Assembly: GCA_963776245.1 (NCBI GenBank)
Contig: CAVZLN010000007.1
Location: forward strand, 64,001-128,000
Reading direction: 5' to 3'
Length of the DNA stretch: 64,000 bases
From: Candidatus Eiseniibacteriota bacterium
GTDB lineage: Bacteria > Eisenbacteria > RBG-16-71-46
This document shows, one piece after another, positions 9,162 to 18,266 of the stretch; position 1 is the first letter of the stretch; every line of letters begins with the position of its first letter. The position numbers and the translations under genes were made by a program. Below the pieces are notes generated by a model. It was not told the DNA's origin, ran no database searches, and saw only the letters and a program-made list of their open reading frames with translations.

Positions 9162-10141
9162 CGCGCACCAAGGCCCTGGACCCGCCCGCGCGCACGGTGC
9201 CCGGTCCCGCGCTGACGCGCCCGGTCGAGGCGTTCCTCGACGAGCTGCGCACCGGTCGCCGGCTCTCGGTCAACACCCTCGACGCCTACGCGCGGGACCT
9301 CGCCGACTACGCCGGCTTCGCCGCGCGCCACCGGCTGGCGGACTGGGCCGAAGCCACGCCGGTGTTCGTGGACGGGTATTTCGCGTGGCTCCACATCCGC
9401 GCCCTCGCGGCCCGCACGGTGGCGCGGCGGCGCTCGACGCTGCGCGGGTTCCACGCCCATCTCGAGCGCACCGGCGTGCGCGCCGACGATCCGCTCGCGC
9501 AGCTTCCGGCGCCGCGCCGCGAACGCCGGCTGCCCCACGTGCTGGCGGCCGAGGACCTCGAGCCGTTGCTCGCGGCCCCCGCGGGCGAGTCCCCGCTGGC
9601 GCTGCGCGACCGCGCCATGCTCGAACTGATCTACGCCAGCGGACTGCGCGTCTCGGAGCTGTGCGGGCTGACGCGGAGCGCGGTGCAGATGCGCGAGAAG
9701 AGCCTGGTCGTCACCGGCAAGCGCGACAAGACGCGCATCGCCATGTTCGGCGCCCGGGCCCAGTCGGCGCTGCAGGAGTATCTCGAGCGCGGGCGCCCGG
9801 CGCTGGTGAAGCGCTCGCGCAGCGAGATGCTGTTCGTGAACGCGCGGGGCGGGCGGTTGAGCCGCCAGGGGTTCTGGAAGATCCTGAGGGGACACGCCCG
9901 CGCCACCGGGCTGGCGGGACGGGTCCATCCTCACGCGCTGCGGCATTCGTTCGCCAGTCACCTGCTGGATCGCGGCGCGGATCTGCGCGTCGTGCAGGAG
10001 TTGCTCGGTCACGCCTCCATCGCGACGACCGAGATCTACACCCATCTGGACCGGGATCACCTCCGGGAGGTGCATGCCACCTTCCACCCCCGTGAACGCG
10101 GACCGGGCACGGGGAAGCACGTACGAAAGGAGTCTCGATGA
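9158..10141 (+). CDS. xerD: tyrosine recombinase XerD (XerC/D family)
   Basis: ATGA overlap with uvrC; LSVNTLDAYARDL, RDRAMLELIYASGLRVSEL, LSRQGFWKIL, HPHALRHSFASHLL, VQELLGH, TTEIYTH. Confidence 0.88.
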   Translation: MTRTKALDPPARTVPGPALTRPVEAFLDELRTGRRLSVNTLDAYARDLADYAGFAARHRLADWAEATPVFVDGYFAWLHIRALAARTVARRRSTLRGFHAHLERTGVRADDPLAQLPAPRRERRLPHVLAAEDLEPLLAAPAGESPLALRDRAMLELIYASGLRVSELCGLTRSAVQMREKSLVVTGKRDKTRIAMFGARAQSALQEYLERGRPALVKRSRSEMLFVNARGGRLSRQGFWKILRGHARATGLAGRVHPHALRHSFASHLLDRGADLRVVQELLGHASIATTEIYTHLDRDHLREVHATFHPRERGPGTGKHVRKESR

Positions 10142-10752
10142 GCCGGATGAAGGGAGCCGCTGTGGGGATCACCGCCACGGTGCTGGCGGGTCTGGTGCTG
10201 GTGGGCGCGGCGCAGGCCGCGTCGTCGATCGTCCTGCCGCGGCCGGGGCAGGTCGGGATCGGGCTGGGGGGAGGCTACGGCACCCTGCTCGACAGCGGGT
10301 CGCTCGGTGATCAGTTCGGCTCCGGCCCGGCGCTCAGCGTGCGCCTGCGCTACCGCATGCGGTACGAGCGTGCCGCCGCCCTGGCGTTCGAGGGCCGCAC
10401 GTACGACGCCCGCGTGAGCGCGCCCGCGGACAGCCTCTACGCGCGCAAGCAGCTCAAGCTCATCCTGTCGGGTCTCGAGATCTCCCAGATGTTCGGCACC
10501 CGCACGCGCACCACGAAGATGTTGACCGGCGGGTTCGGGCTCGCCCAGGCCTCGTTCCGGCTCAATGACGGCGAGACCGCCTACCCGAACGGGGAGGGCA
10601 TGTACCTGAGCGCGGGCGCCGGGATGGAGCACTTCTTCTACCGCTCGTGGGCGTTCGACCTCGGGACGCGCTACGTCGCGGTGTTCCAGGACGGCAAGAC
10701 CAATCACGACCTCCAGGCCAGTCTCGGCCTGATCTTCTACGCGAGCTATTGA
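10138..10752 (+). CDS. outer membrane beta-barrel protein (OmpA/OmpW-like size)
   Basis: Signal peptide AQA-A, alternating aromatic/Gly strands, ends GLIFYASY. Confidence 0.65.
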   Translation: MSRMKGAAVGITATVLAGLVLVGAAQAASSIVLPRPGQVGIGLGGGYGTLLDSGSLGDQFGSGPALSVRLRYRMRYERAAALAFEGRTYDARVSAPADSLYARKQLKLILSGLEISQMFGTRTRTTKMLTGGFGLAQASFRLNDGETAYPNGEGMYLSAGAGMEHFFYRSWAFDLGTRYVAVFQDGKTNHDLQASLGLIFYASY

Positions 10753-12164
10753 TGGCCGACACGCTCTCGATCTCGTTCGAAGGCGCCGCCCGCACGGTCA
10801 CCGGGTCGCGCCACCGCGTCCGCTTCGGCGACCGGCAGTGGCTGTTCGACTGCGGGCTCTTCCAGGGCCACCGCGACGAGGCGGACAAGATCAATCGCAC
10901 CTTCCGATTCGAGCCGGCCGAGCTCGACGCGGTGGTGCTCTCGCACGCGCACCTCGACCACACCGGCAATCTGCCGACGCTGGTCACCCGCGACTTCCGC
11001 GGGCCGATCCACGCCACCGCACCCACTTCCGACCTGTGCGGCGTCCTGCTCCCCGACAGTGCGCACCTGATGCAGCGCGATGTCGAGCACGTGAACTGGC
11101 ATGGCAAGGGCAAGGGCCGGGAGGCGCGACAGGCGCTCTACACGGCCGAGGACGTCGAGACCACGCTCGGCCTGCTGGTGGGACATCGCTACCACGAGTC
11201 CTGGGAGCTGTTCCCGGGGGTGCGGGTGGAGTACCACGACGCCGGTCACATCCTCGGGTCCGCGCTCACGACGTTCGAATTCTCGAGCGGCGGGCGGCGC
11301 CTGAGGCTCGGGATGGCCGGGGACCTCGGGCGTGCCGGGCGCCCCATCCTGCGCGATCCCGAGGTGCCTCCGGGGGTGGACGTGCTGGTGCTGGAGAGCA
11401 CCTACGGCGACCGCCTGCACACCGACGGCGCGGCGGACGAGCAGGCGCTGATCGAGATCGTGGAGCGGACCGCGAAGCGGGGAGGACGCGTCATCGTGCC
11501 GGCGTTCGCGGTCGGCCGCACGCAGGAGCTGGTCGCGACCCTGCACCGGCTGATCGAGGGGCGGCGCCTGCGCGACCTGCCGATCTTCGTCGATAGTCCG
11601 ATGGCCTCGCGGACCACCCAGGTGTTCCGCCGGCATGCCGAGTGTTTCGACGAGGAGACCCGCCGCGAGTGGGAGCAGGGGGAGGGGGGACCGCTGGCGT
11701 TCGCGCGCCTGCGCTACGTCTCGTCGGCGCAGGAGAGCATGGCGCTGAACGAATACGAACCCCCGTGCATCATCATCTCGGCTTCGGGGATGTGCGAAGG
11801 AGGGCGGGTGCTGCACCACCTCCGTCAGAGCATCGGCGACCCGCGCAACACCGTGCTGTTCGTCGGCTACCAGGCCGAAGGCACCCTCGGCCGGAGGCTG
11901 CGCGAGGGCGCCGAGCGGGTGAACATCTTTGGTGAGCCCTATCCGAGGGCGTGCGAGGTGCACGCGCTCGATTCGTTCAGCGCGCACGCCGACCAGCGCG
12001 AGCTGCTGGACTGGGTGGCGCGACTGGATCCGGCGCCGCGCGCGATCCATCTGGTGCACGGCGAGCCGGCCGCGGCGGAGGTGCTGGCGGGCCTGCTGCG
12101 CGAGCGCACCACGGCCGTGGTGCGGGTGCCCGAGCTGGGGGAGGTGGTCGACCTGTGGAGCTGA
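10752..12164 (+). CDS. MBL-fold beta-CASP ribonuclease (CPSF73/YSH1-like)
   Basis: GAARTVTGS, DCGLFQG, SHAHLDHTG (HxHxDH), AGHILGS, ESTYGDR, PAFAVGRTQE, SASGMCEGGR, FSAHAD, VHGE. Confidence 0.93.
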   Translation: MADTLSISFEGAARTVTGSRHRVRFGDRQWLFDCGLFQGHRDEADKINRTFRFEPAELDAVVLSHAHLDHTGNLPTLVTRDFRGPIHATAPTSDLCGVLLPDSAHLMQRDVEHVNWHGKGKGREARQALYTAEDVETTLGLLVGHRYHESWELFPGVRVEYHDAGHILGSALTTFEFSSGGRRLRLGMAGDLGRAGRPILRDPEVPPGVDVLVLESTYGDRLHTDGAADEQALIEIVERTAKRGGRVIVPAFAVGRTQELVATLHRLIEGRRLRDLPIFVDSPMASRTTQVFRRHAECFDEETRREWEQGEGGPLAFARLRYVSSAQESMALNEYEPPCIIISASGMCEGGRVLHHLRQSIGDPRNTVLFVGYQAEGTLGRRLREGAERVNIFGEPYPRACEVHALDSFSAHADQRELLDWVARLDPAPRAIHLVHGEPAAAEVLAGLLRERTTAVVRVPELGEVVDLWS

Positions 12165-14137
12165 CCGAGGGCCGCTATCGGATCGGGCAGCGCCTTCGCC
12201 ACCCGACGTTCGGCGAAGGGCTCGTGGTCGAGGTCCATACCGACCGCGGTCGCGAGGTGCTCGAGGTCGTGTTCGAGGGCGTGCTGCGCCGGCTCTCGGC
12301 GCAGCGCGCCTGGGACATCGTCGCCGGCGGCCCCGCGTCCGAGCCGGAGCCCGCGCCCTCTCCCGGGTGCGACGGTGGCGCCGAGACCACCGCGAGCACC
12401 TGCCGCGCGTCCCGTGCGTGGCACCCACTGGGCGACCGGCTGCTCGAGCACTGGACCGCGGGCGAGGCCTGCGCGCCCGCGCACTTCGACCTGCGCAGCG
12501 AGGCCGAGCGCTGGGCCGGATGGGCCGGCACCGATCGGCTGGTCTCGCTCGACTCGCTCCGCGGGGTGGAACGCTATCCGCACCAGATGCGCGTCTGCCT
12601 CAAGGTGATGCGCGAGCTGAACGGGCGCGCGATCCTGGCCGACGAGGTCGGGCTGGGCAAGACCATCGAGGCCGGGATCGTCCTGAAGGACTACCTGCTG
12701 CGCGGTGCGGTGCGCACGGTGCTGGTGCTGGTGCCGGCGTCGCTGTGCGAGCAGTGGCGGGCGGAGCTGTGGGAGAAGTTCGAGCTCGACTTCGTCGTGT
12801 CGCGCGGGCCCGCCGGCCAGTGGGGCCGCCACCCGCTGGTGATCTCGTCGCTCGAGACGGCGCGGCACGAGCGCCATCGACGCCGCGTGCGGGCCTCGAA
12901 CTACGACCTGGTGTGCGTGGACGAGGCCCACCGCCTCCGCAATCACCTCACGCTCGGCTGGAAGTTCATCAACGACCTCAATCCGCGCTACCTGCTCCTG
13001 CTCACCGCCACGCCGGTGCAGAATGACCTGCGCGAGATCTACAACCTCGCCACACTGGTGCGGCCCGGCACGGTCGGCACCTTCACGCAGTTCCGGCGCG
13101 ACTTCCTCACCGGCCACGACAAGCGCACGCCGCGGAACACCCCGCGCCTGCGGACGCTGCTCGAATCGGTGATGGTGCGCACGCGTCGCAGCGAGACCGA
13201 TCTCACCTTCACACCGCGCAAGGTCGAGACCATGTGGGTGGCCCAGACCGCGGCCGAGCGCACGCTCTACCGGGAGGTGAGCGAGTTCGTCGCGGACGCG
13301 GTGCACGGCGAGGCGGGCGCGCCGGGACGGCCGCACTACTTCACCCTGATGGTGCTGCAGAAGGAGATGGGCTCGTCGTGGGCGGCCGCGCGCGCCACGC
13401 TCGAGAAGCTCTCCCACCATCCCGACGGGCTCGACCCGCGACGCCTTCGGCTGCTCGCGGGCAAGGCGTCGGAGGCGAGTCGCGAGCCGAGCAAGGTCCG
13501 TTCGCTGGTGCGCTGCGTCGCCGGGCTCAACGGCGAGAAGTGCATCATCTTCACCCAGTTCCGGTGCACCCAGGACGCGATCGCCGAGGCCCTCCGCGCG
13601 TCCGGCGTCGAGCCCTGCCTGTTCCATGGCGAGATGGCGTGGAACGAGAAGGAGGAGTCCCTCGAGCGCTTCCGCGACAGCGCGCAGGTGCTGGTGAGCA
13701 CCGAGGCCGGCGGCGAGGGGCGCAACCTCCAGTTCTGCCGCATCGTCATCAACTACGACCTGCCGTGGAACCCGATGCGCGTCGAGCAGCGCATCGGCCG
13801 CGTGCACCGCCTCGGACAGGCCCACCCGGTGCGGGTCGTGAATCTCGCCGCGCGGGGGACCATCGAGGCCTACGTGCTCGAGATCCTCGACAAGAAGATC
13901 CGCATGTTCGAGCTGGTGGTGGGGGAGATGGAGGAGATCCTCGGCACCTGGCAACCGCACGGCTCGTTCGAGGACGAGGTGTTCCGGCGCTGGACCGAGT
14001 CCAGCAATCCGCGGGTGCGCAAGCGCCGCTTCACCGAGCTCGCCCAGCACCTGCTGGTGGCGCGCCGCATGTACCAGGAACAGAAGAACCTCCAGAATCT
14101 GCTGTTCCCGGCGGCCACCAAGGAGGGGTCCAAGTGA
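12155..14137 (+). CDS. SNF2-family ATPase/helicase (YqhH/RapA-like) with N-terminal Tudor-like segment
   Basis: GTG start inferred inside the nuclease 3' end; LADEVGLGKT, VDEAH, LLTATPVQN, STEAGGEGRNLQF, NYDLPWNPMRVEQRIGRVHRLGQ. Confidence 0.92.
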   Translation: MELTEGRYRIGQRLRHPTFGEGLVVEVHTDRGREVLEVVFEGVLRRLSAQRAWDIVAGGPASEPEPAPSPGCDGGAETTASTCRASRAWHPLGDRLLEHWTAGEACAPAHFDLRSEAERWAGWAGTDRLVSLDSLRGVERYPHQMRVCLKVMRELNGRAILADEVGLGKTIEAGIVLKDYLLRGAVRTVLVLVPASLCEQWRAELWEKFELDFVVSRGPAGQWGRHPLVISSLETARHERHRRRVRASNYDLVCVDEAHRLRNHLTLGWKFINDLNPRYLLLLTATPVQNDLREIYNLATLVRPGTVGTFTQFRRDFLTGHDKRTPRNTPRLRTLLESVMVRTRRSETDLTFTPRKVETMWVAQTAAERTLYREVSEFVADAVHGEAGAPGRPHYFTLMVLQKEMGSSWAAARATLEKLSHHPDGLDPRRLRLLAGKASEASREPSKVRSLVRCVAGLNGEKCIIFTQFRCTQDAIAEALRASGVEPCLFHGEMAWNEKEESLERFRDSAQVLVSTEAGGEGRNLQFCRIVINYDLPWNPMRVEQRIGRVHRLGQAHPVRVVNLAARGTIEAYVLEILDKKIRMFELVVGEMEEILGTWQPHGSFEDEVFRRWTESSNPRVRKRRFTELAQHLLVARRMYQEQKNLQNLLFPAATKEGSK

Positions 14138-15270
14138 GCGCGGCCGCCGCCCCGAGCCGCCGCTCGCCGGTGTCGCGGCGCGCCGGCGCGCGCCCGGCCC
14201 CGACTCCCGCCGTGGTGGTATCGCCCGCGCACGCCGCTCTGCCGCCGGACTGGCGGCCGTTCGTCGGGCGCTGGCTCGAGGCGTGCGGCTGCGCGGTGAG
14301 CACGGCGGCGCGCGGGGACTGGGAGGTGGAGCTGTCGGAGGCGCTGCAGAAGCGCTGGCGGCGGCAGCGCGTGCGCCTGGTCTTCGACCCGCTGCGCCCG
14401 ACGCTGCCGCGCGGCGCGTGGTTCTGCGCGCCGGGCAGCGTGGCGGGCAGGAAGATCCTCGACGCGCTGCTCGAGCGTCCCGGCTTCACCCGCCGCACCG
14501 CGCTGGTGCGGGTGCCGGGCGCGCCCGAGGACGGCCTGGCTTCGGTCTGCCGCGTGCGCGGGCTGGCGTGGGGCCCGGCGCGCCTCGGCCCGGTGCGCTA
14601 CGAGCGGCGCGTCGCGTTCCATGCGCTGGTCACGCGCTGGGGCGGGCTGCCGGCGCAGGAGCACTGGGTGGTGGTGATCGGCGAGGACGGCCGCTTCATC
14701 GAGTGGACGACCGGATACGAGCTGCCGGACGTGCGCAGCCGGGAGGGGCTCTACCAGATCACCGAGGACCTCGATCCCGCGACGCGCGAGCGGCGGATGG
14801 AGCAGGCGCGGCGCGAGCTCGAGCGTCTGCTCGCCGAGCACGAGGTGCAGTGGGAGCGCACCGTGGCGCGCCTGCGCGACGACGAGCTCGACCGCCTCGG
14901 GGCGTTCTTCTCGGCCCGCATCGAGGAGGAGGAGGAGCGGCTGCGCCGCCGCACCACCGCGACCGAGGACCCGCTGCACGACCATGGTGACGCGACCTCG
15001 CTCAAGCTCGAGTGGGAGCGCCGCGCGGCCGAGGTCCGCCAGCGCTGGGCGCTGCGCACCGAGCTGAGGATGTGGGGGCTCGAGGAGTGGTCGTGGCCGG
15101 TGGCCGAGGTCGAGCAGGAGCTGCGCGCCGGGGCGGTGCACGTGAGACTGACCAGCCAGGTCGACGTGGCGCGCGGCCGGCCCGCGCTGCCCGCCTGCCC
15201 GACGTGCGGGGCGCCGGCGGAGATGCTGGCGCGCTCGCGGGGCACGGTGGCCTGTCCGCGCTGCGCGTAG
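14134..15270 (+). CDS. hypothetical protein with coiled coil and C-terminal Zn ribbon (YqhG-like SNF2 partner by position)
   Basis: GTGA overlap with the SNF2 stop; E/R-rich helix (ELDRLGAFF..RIEEEEERL); ends CPTC-x14-CPRC. Confidence 0.65.
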   Translation: MSAAAAPSRRSPVSRRAGARPAPTPAVVVSPAHAALPPDWRPFVGRWLEACGCAVSTAARGDWEVELSEALQKRWRRQRVRLVFDPLRPTLPRGAWFCAPGSVAGRKILDALLERPGFTRRTALVRVPGAPEDGLASVCRVRGLAWGPARLGPVRYERRVAFHALVTRWGGLPAQEHWVVVIGEDGRFIEWTTGYELPDVRSREGLYQITEDLDPATRERRMEQARRELERLLAEHEVQWERTVARLRDDELDRLGAFFSARIEEEEERLRRRTTATEDPLHDHGDATSLKLEWERRAAEVRQRWALRTELRMWGLEEWSWPVAEVEQELRAGAVHVRLTSQVDVARGRPALPACPTCGAPAEMLARSRGTVACPRCA

Positions 15271-15292
15271 CGCGCGGGCGGTGAAGGGCGGC

Positions 15293-15320
15293 TTGACGCC
15301 GGCCGTCGCGAGGGGATAAC
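15293..15320 (+). promoter_or_regulatory. possible sigma70 promoter
   Basis: TTGACG-N16-GATAAC, 40 nt upstream of the TPR gene. Confidence 0.4.
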
Positions 15321-15360
15321 GTGCTCGCCGCTCGCGGCTGGCATCACTTCAGGCGGCGCG

Positions 15361-16059
15361 TTGGACTCGCGCCGCAAACGGAGGCCCGACTTGAGTTTGG
15401 AGAACCGAAAAGGCGCGACGCTCGAGGATCCGGGCGCCGAGGTCGTGGATCAGCTGACGTCGTTCTGGGATCGCTATGGGCGGATCGGATCGGGCGTCCT
15501 GATCGGACTCGCGGTGGTGATCGCCGGGTCGATCTTCTACGTCCGCTCCCGCGCGACGGCCGAGGAAGGGGCGGCTGGCCGGCTGGCCGAGGCCAACGTG
15601 CTGTTCTGGCAGGGGGATTACCAGCGCTCGCTCGAGGCCGCCCGGCAGGTGTACACGCAGTACGGCTCCACACCGAGCGGCCGCGACGCGCATCGGCTGT
15701 CGGGCGACGACGCCTTCTGGCTCGGCGACTACCGCACCGCCGTCGACGAGTACCGTAAGTACATCGCTGGCGCGCCCGCCGGTCTGCTGGTGGATGCGGC
15801 GCGGCGCAGCCTGGCGTATTCGCTCGAGAACGCGAAGCAGTTCAAGGAGGCCGCGGAGATCTACGAGTCGCTGGTCGGCAAGTTCGACCGCGAGACCTCC
15901 GCTGAGATGCTGGCCTCCGCGGCGCGCTGCCTGGTCGCGCAGAGCCAGCCGGCCGAGGCGGCCAAGCGTCTGCAGCGGCTGCTGGCCGAATTCGGGGAGA
16001 CGAGTCATGCGGCGCGGGCCCAGGTGGACCTGGGCGCGCTCCAGCCCGTGACACGCTGA
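15361..16059 (+). CDS. membrane-anchored tetratricopeptide repeat protein (YfgM-like)
   Basis: Basic N-terminus, one TM helix (GVLIGLAVVIAGSIFYV), TPR-like helical repeats; TTG start uncertain. Confidence 0.75.
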   Translation: MDSRRKRRPDLSLENRKGATLEDPGAEVVDQLTSFWDRYGRIGSGVLIGLAVVIAGSIFYVRSRATAEEGAAGRLAEANVLFWQGDYQRSLEAARQVYTQYGSTPSGRDAHRLSGDDAFWLGDYRTAVDEYRKYIAGAPAGLLVDAARRSLAYSLENAKQFKEAAEIYESLVGKFDRETSAEMLASAARCLVAQSQPAEAAKRLQRLLAEFGETSHAARAQVDLGALQPVTR

Positions 16060-16096
16060 GTCTCGGAGGACCGCGAGGTCAGGGGAGGAGGGCCCG

Positions 16097-18235
16097 ATGA
16101 GCGGAGTGCCTCCGGTCATTCTCGTCTTCCTGTGGCATCACCACCAGCCCGACTACCGGAATCCGCGCACCGGACACGCCCTGCTGCCCTGGGTGCGGCT
16201 CCACGCCACCAAGGACTACCTCGACATGGCGCTCCGCCTGGGGCGCCATCCGCGCGTGAAGGCCACGTTCAATTTCGTCCCCTCGCTCCTCGACCAGCTC
16301 GAGGAGGCCGCGGCGGGGGTGCCGGACGCGCTGTTCCCCCTGCTGCGGCGGTCGTTCGCCTCGCTCGACCCCGAGCAGCGGGACGAGGTGCTGCTGCGCT
16401 GCGCCTCGGCGCCGCGCTGGGCGCTCGACCGCTGGCCGCGCTACCGCGCCCTGACGGAGAAGGCCGGCCGCGCGCGGGGTGACGGTCCGCGCGAGTCGAT
16501 CAGCGAGGCCGAGGCGATCGCGCTCGAGACGTGGTTCCTGCTCGCGTGGCTCGATCCCATGTTCCATGGCGAGCCTGCCGCCGTGGCCGCGCTCGAGCGC
16601 CAGAACGACCCCGGGACCGCGGAGCGCGACGCGCTGTGGGACCTGCACGCGCGGCTCACCGGCGAGGTCATCCCGGCCTACCGCGCGCTCGCCGAGCGCG
16701 GCCAGGTGGAGCTGTCCGAGTCGGCGTACTACCACCCGATCCTGCCGCTGCTGGTCACCCATCAGGCGGCGCGGCGCGCGCGTCCCCAGATCGCGCTGCC
16801 CTCCGAGCCGTTCAGCGCGCCCGGGGACGCGGTCCGACAGGTCGAGCGGGCCCTCGACCGACACGCGCGCGCTTTCGGCGCCCGGCCGGCCGGCATGTGG
16901 CCTCCGGAGGGCGGCGTGAGCCCGGAGGTGTGCGAGATCGTGGCGGGCCTCGGGGTGCGCTGGCTGGCGACCGACGAGGGCGTGCTGTGGAATTCACTGT
17001 CCGGCGGGGACCGCGGCCACGGGGCGCTCTACCGGCCGTGGCGCGTGGCGACGCCCGCCGGGGACGTGGCGCTGTTCTTCCGCGACCACGAGATCTCGGA
17101 CCGCATCGGTTTCGTCTACCACCACTGGGATGCGCAGGAGGCGGTGCTCGACTTCCTCGCGCGGGTGCGCCGCATCGCCCAGGATCACGCGGGGAGCGAG
17201 CCGCCGGTGATCTCGATCATCCTCGACGGCGAGAACTGCTGGGAGCACTACCCGGACGACGGCGGTCCGTTCCTCGAGGCGCTCTATCGGGCGCTCGAGA
17301 CCGCGCCCGACATCCGCACCTCCACACCCTCCGCGATCCTCGCCGAGCGCGAGGGCACGCTGCCGCTGCTCGCCGGGCTCCACACCGGTTCGTGGATCGA
17401 CGCCGACTTCCACATCTGGATCGGCCACCCCGAGAAGAACCGCGCCTGGGACCTGCTCGCACGCACGCGGCGCGCGCTGGTGGACGCCGGCACCACGCCG
17501 GCCTCGCACCCCGAGGCCTGGGAGGCGCTCGCCGCGGCCGAGGGCTCGGATTGGTTCTGGTGGTACGGCGAGGACCACCACACCTCGGACAAGGCGCTCT
17601 TCGACCGCATCTTCCGCGAACACCTGATGGGGGCGCGCGAACGCGCGGGGCTCTCGGTGCCGGGGGAGCTGCTGCTCCCGGTGGCGCGCCATCGCATCAA
17701 GCGCGCCGGGACCCAGCCGCAGAACTTCATCCAGCCGGTCATCGACGGGCGGTGCACCCACTTCTATGAGTGGCACGGCGCGGGCTCCTTCAAGACCGGG
17801 GCCGGCGGCGGTTCGATGCACCGCGCCGCGGGGCTCGCCAAGGAGGTGTTCTTCGGGTTCGACGCCGCGCACCTCTACCTGCGGGTGGATTTCGCCGCCG
17901 GGCTGCCGGGGGAAGGCATCGATCTCGCCATCGAGATCATGAGCCCTCGCCCGGTGCGCCTGTCGGTGAGCGGTCTGGCGCACGGCGAGCGCACCGTGCT
18001 GTGGGGGGGAGGCGCGCGCGCGGGCCGGGCGGTCGAGGGGGCGCGGGCGTGCGCCGACCACGTGGTCGAACTCGCGGTGCCGTTCGCGAGTCTGAAGCTG
18101 CGGCCGCACGAGAACGTCGAGATGATCGCGCAGATCCAGGACCACGGGGCCCCGCTCGAGAGCCTGCCCGACGAGGACCTGATGCGCTTCGAGATCCCGG
18201 ACGCGGACTTCGATCAGATCATGTGGGAGGCGTAG
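16097..18235 (+). CDS. glycoside hydrolase family 57 (amylopullulanase-like)
   Basis: FLWHHHQPDY, PWVRLHATKDY, YYHPILPLL, GMWPPEG, ILDGENCWE, AEGSDWFWW. Confidence 0.92.
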   Translation: MSGVPPVILVFLWHHHQPDYRNPRTGHALLPWVRLHATKDYLDMALRLGRHPRVKATFNFVPSLLDQLEEAAAGVPDALFPLLRRSFASLDPEQRDEVLLRCASAPRWALDRWPRYRALTEKAGRARGDGPRESISEAEAIALETWFLLAWLDPMFHGEPAAVAALERQNDPGTAERDALWDLHARLTGEVIPAYRALAERGQVELSESAYYHPILPLLVTHQAARRARPQIALPSEPFSAPGDAVRQVERALDRHARAFGARPAGMWPPEGGVSPEVCEIVAGLGVRWLATDEGVLWNSLSGGDRGHGALYRPWRVATPAGDVALFFRDHEISDRIGFVYHHWDAQEAVLDFLARVRRIAQDHAGSEPPVISIILDGENCWEHYPDDGGPFLEALYRALETAPDIRTSTPSAILAEREGTLPLLAGLHTGSWIDADFHIWIGHPEKNRAWDLLARTRRALVDAGTTPASHPEAWEALAAAEGSDWFWWYGEDHHTSDKALFDRIFREHLMGARERAGLSVPGELLLPVARHRIKRAGTQPQNFIQPVIDGRCTHFYEWHGAGSFKTGAGGGSMHRAAGLAKEVFFGFDAAHLYLRVDFAAGLPGEGIDLAIEIMSPRPVRLSVSGLAHGERTVLWGGGARAGRAVEGARACADHVVELAVPFASLKLRPHENVEMIAQIQDHGAPLESLPDEDLMRFEIPDADFDQIMWEA

Positions 18236-18266
18236 GCGAGGTCGGCCTTCGCCGCCGGCGGCGGCG

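Noticed and set aside
9158..10141. Tyrosine recombinase as a prophage or island integrase
   Set aside because: XerD-type motifs, translational coupling to uvrC, a dif-like site nearby, and no phage genes or att repeats
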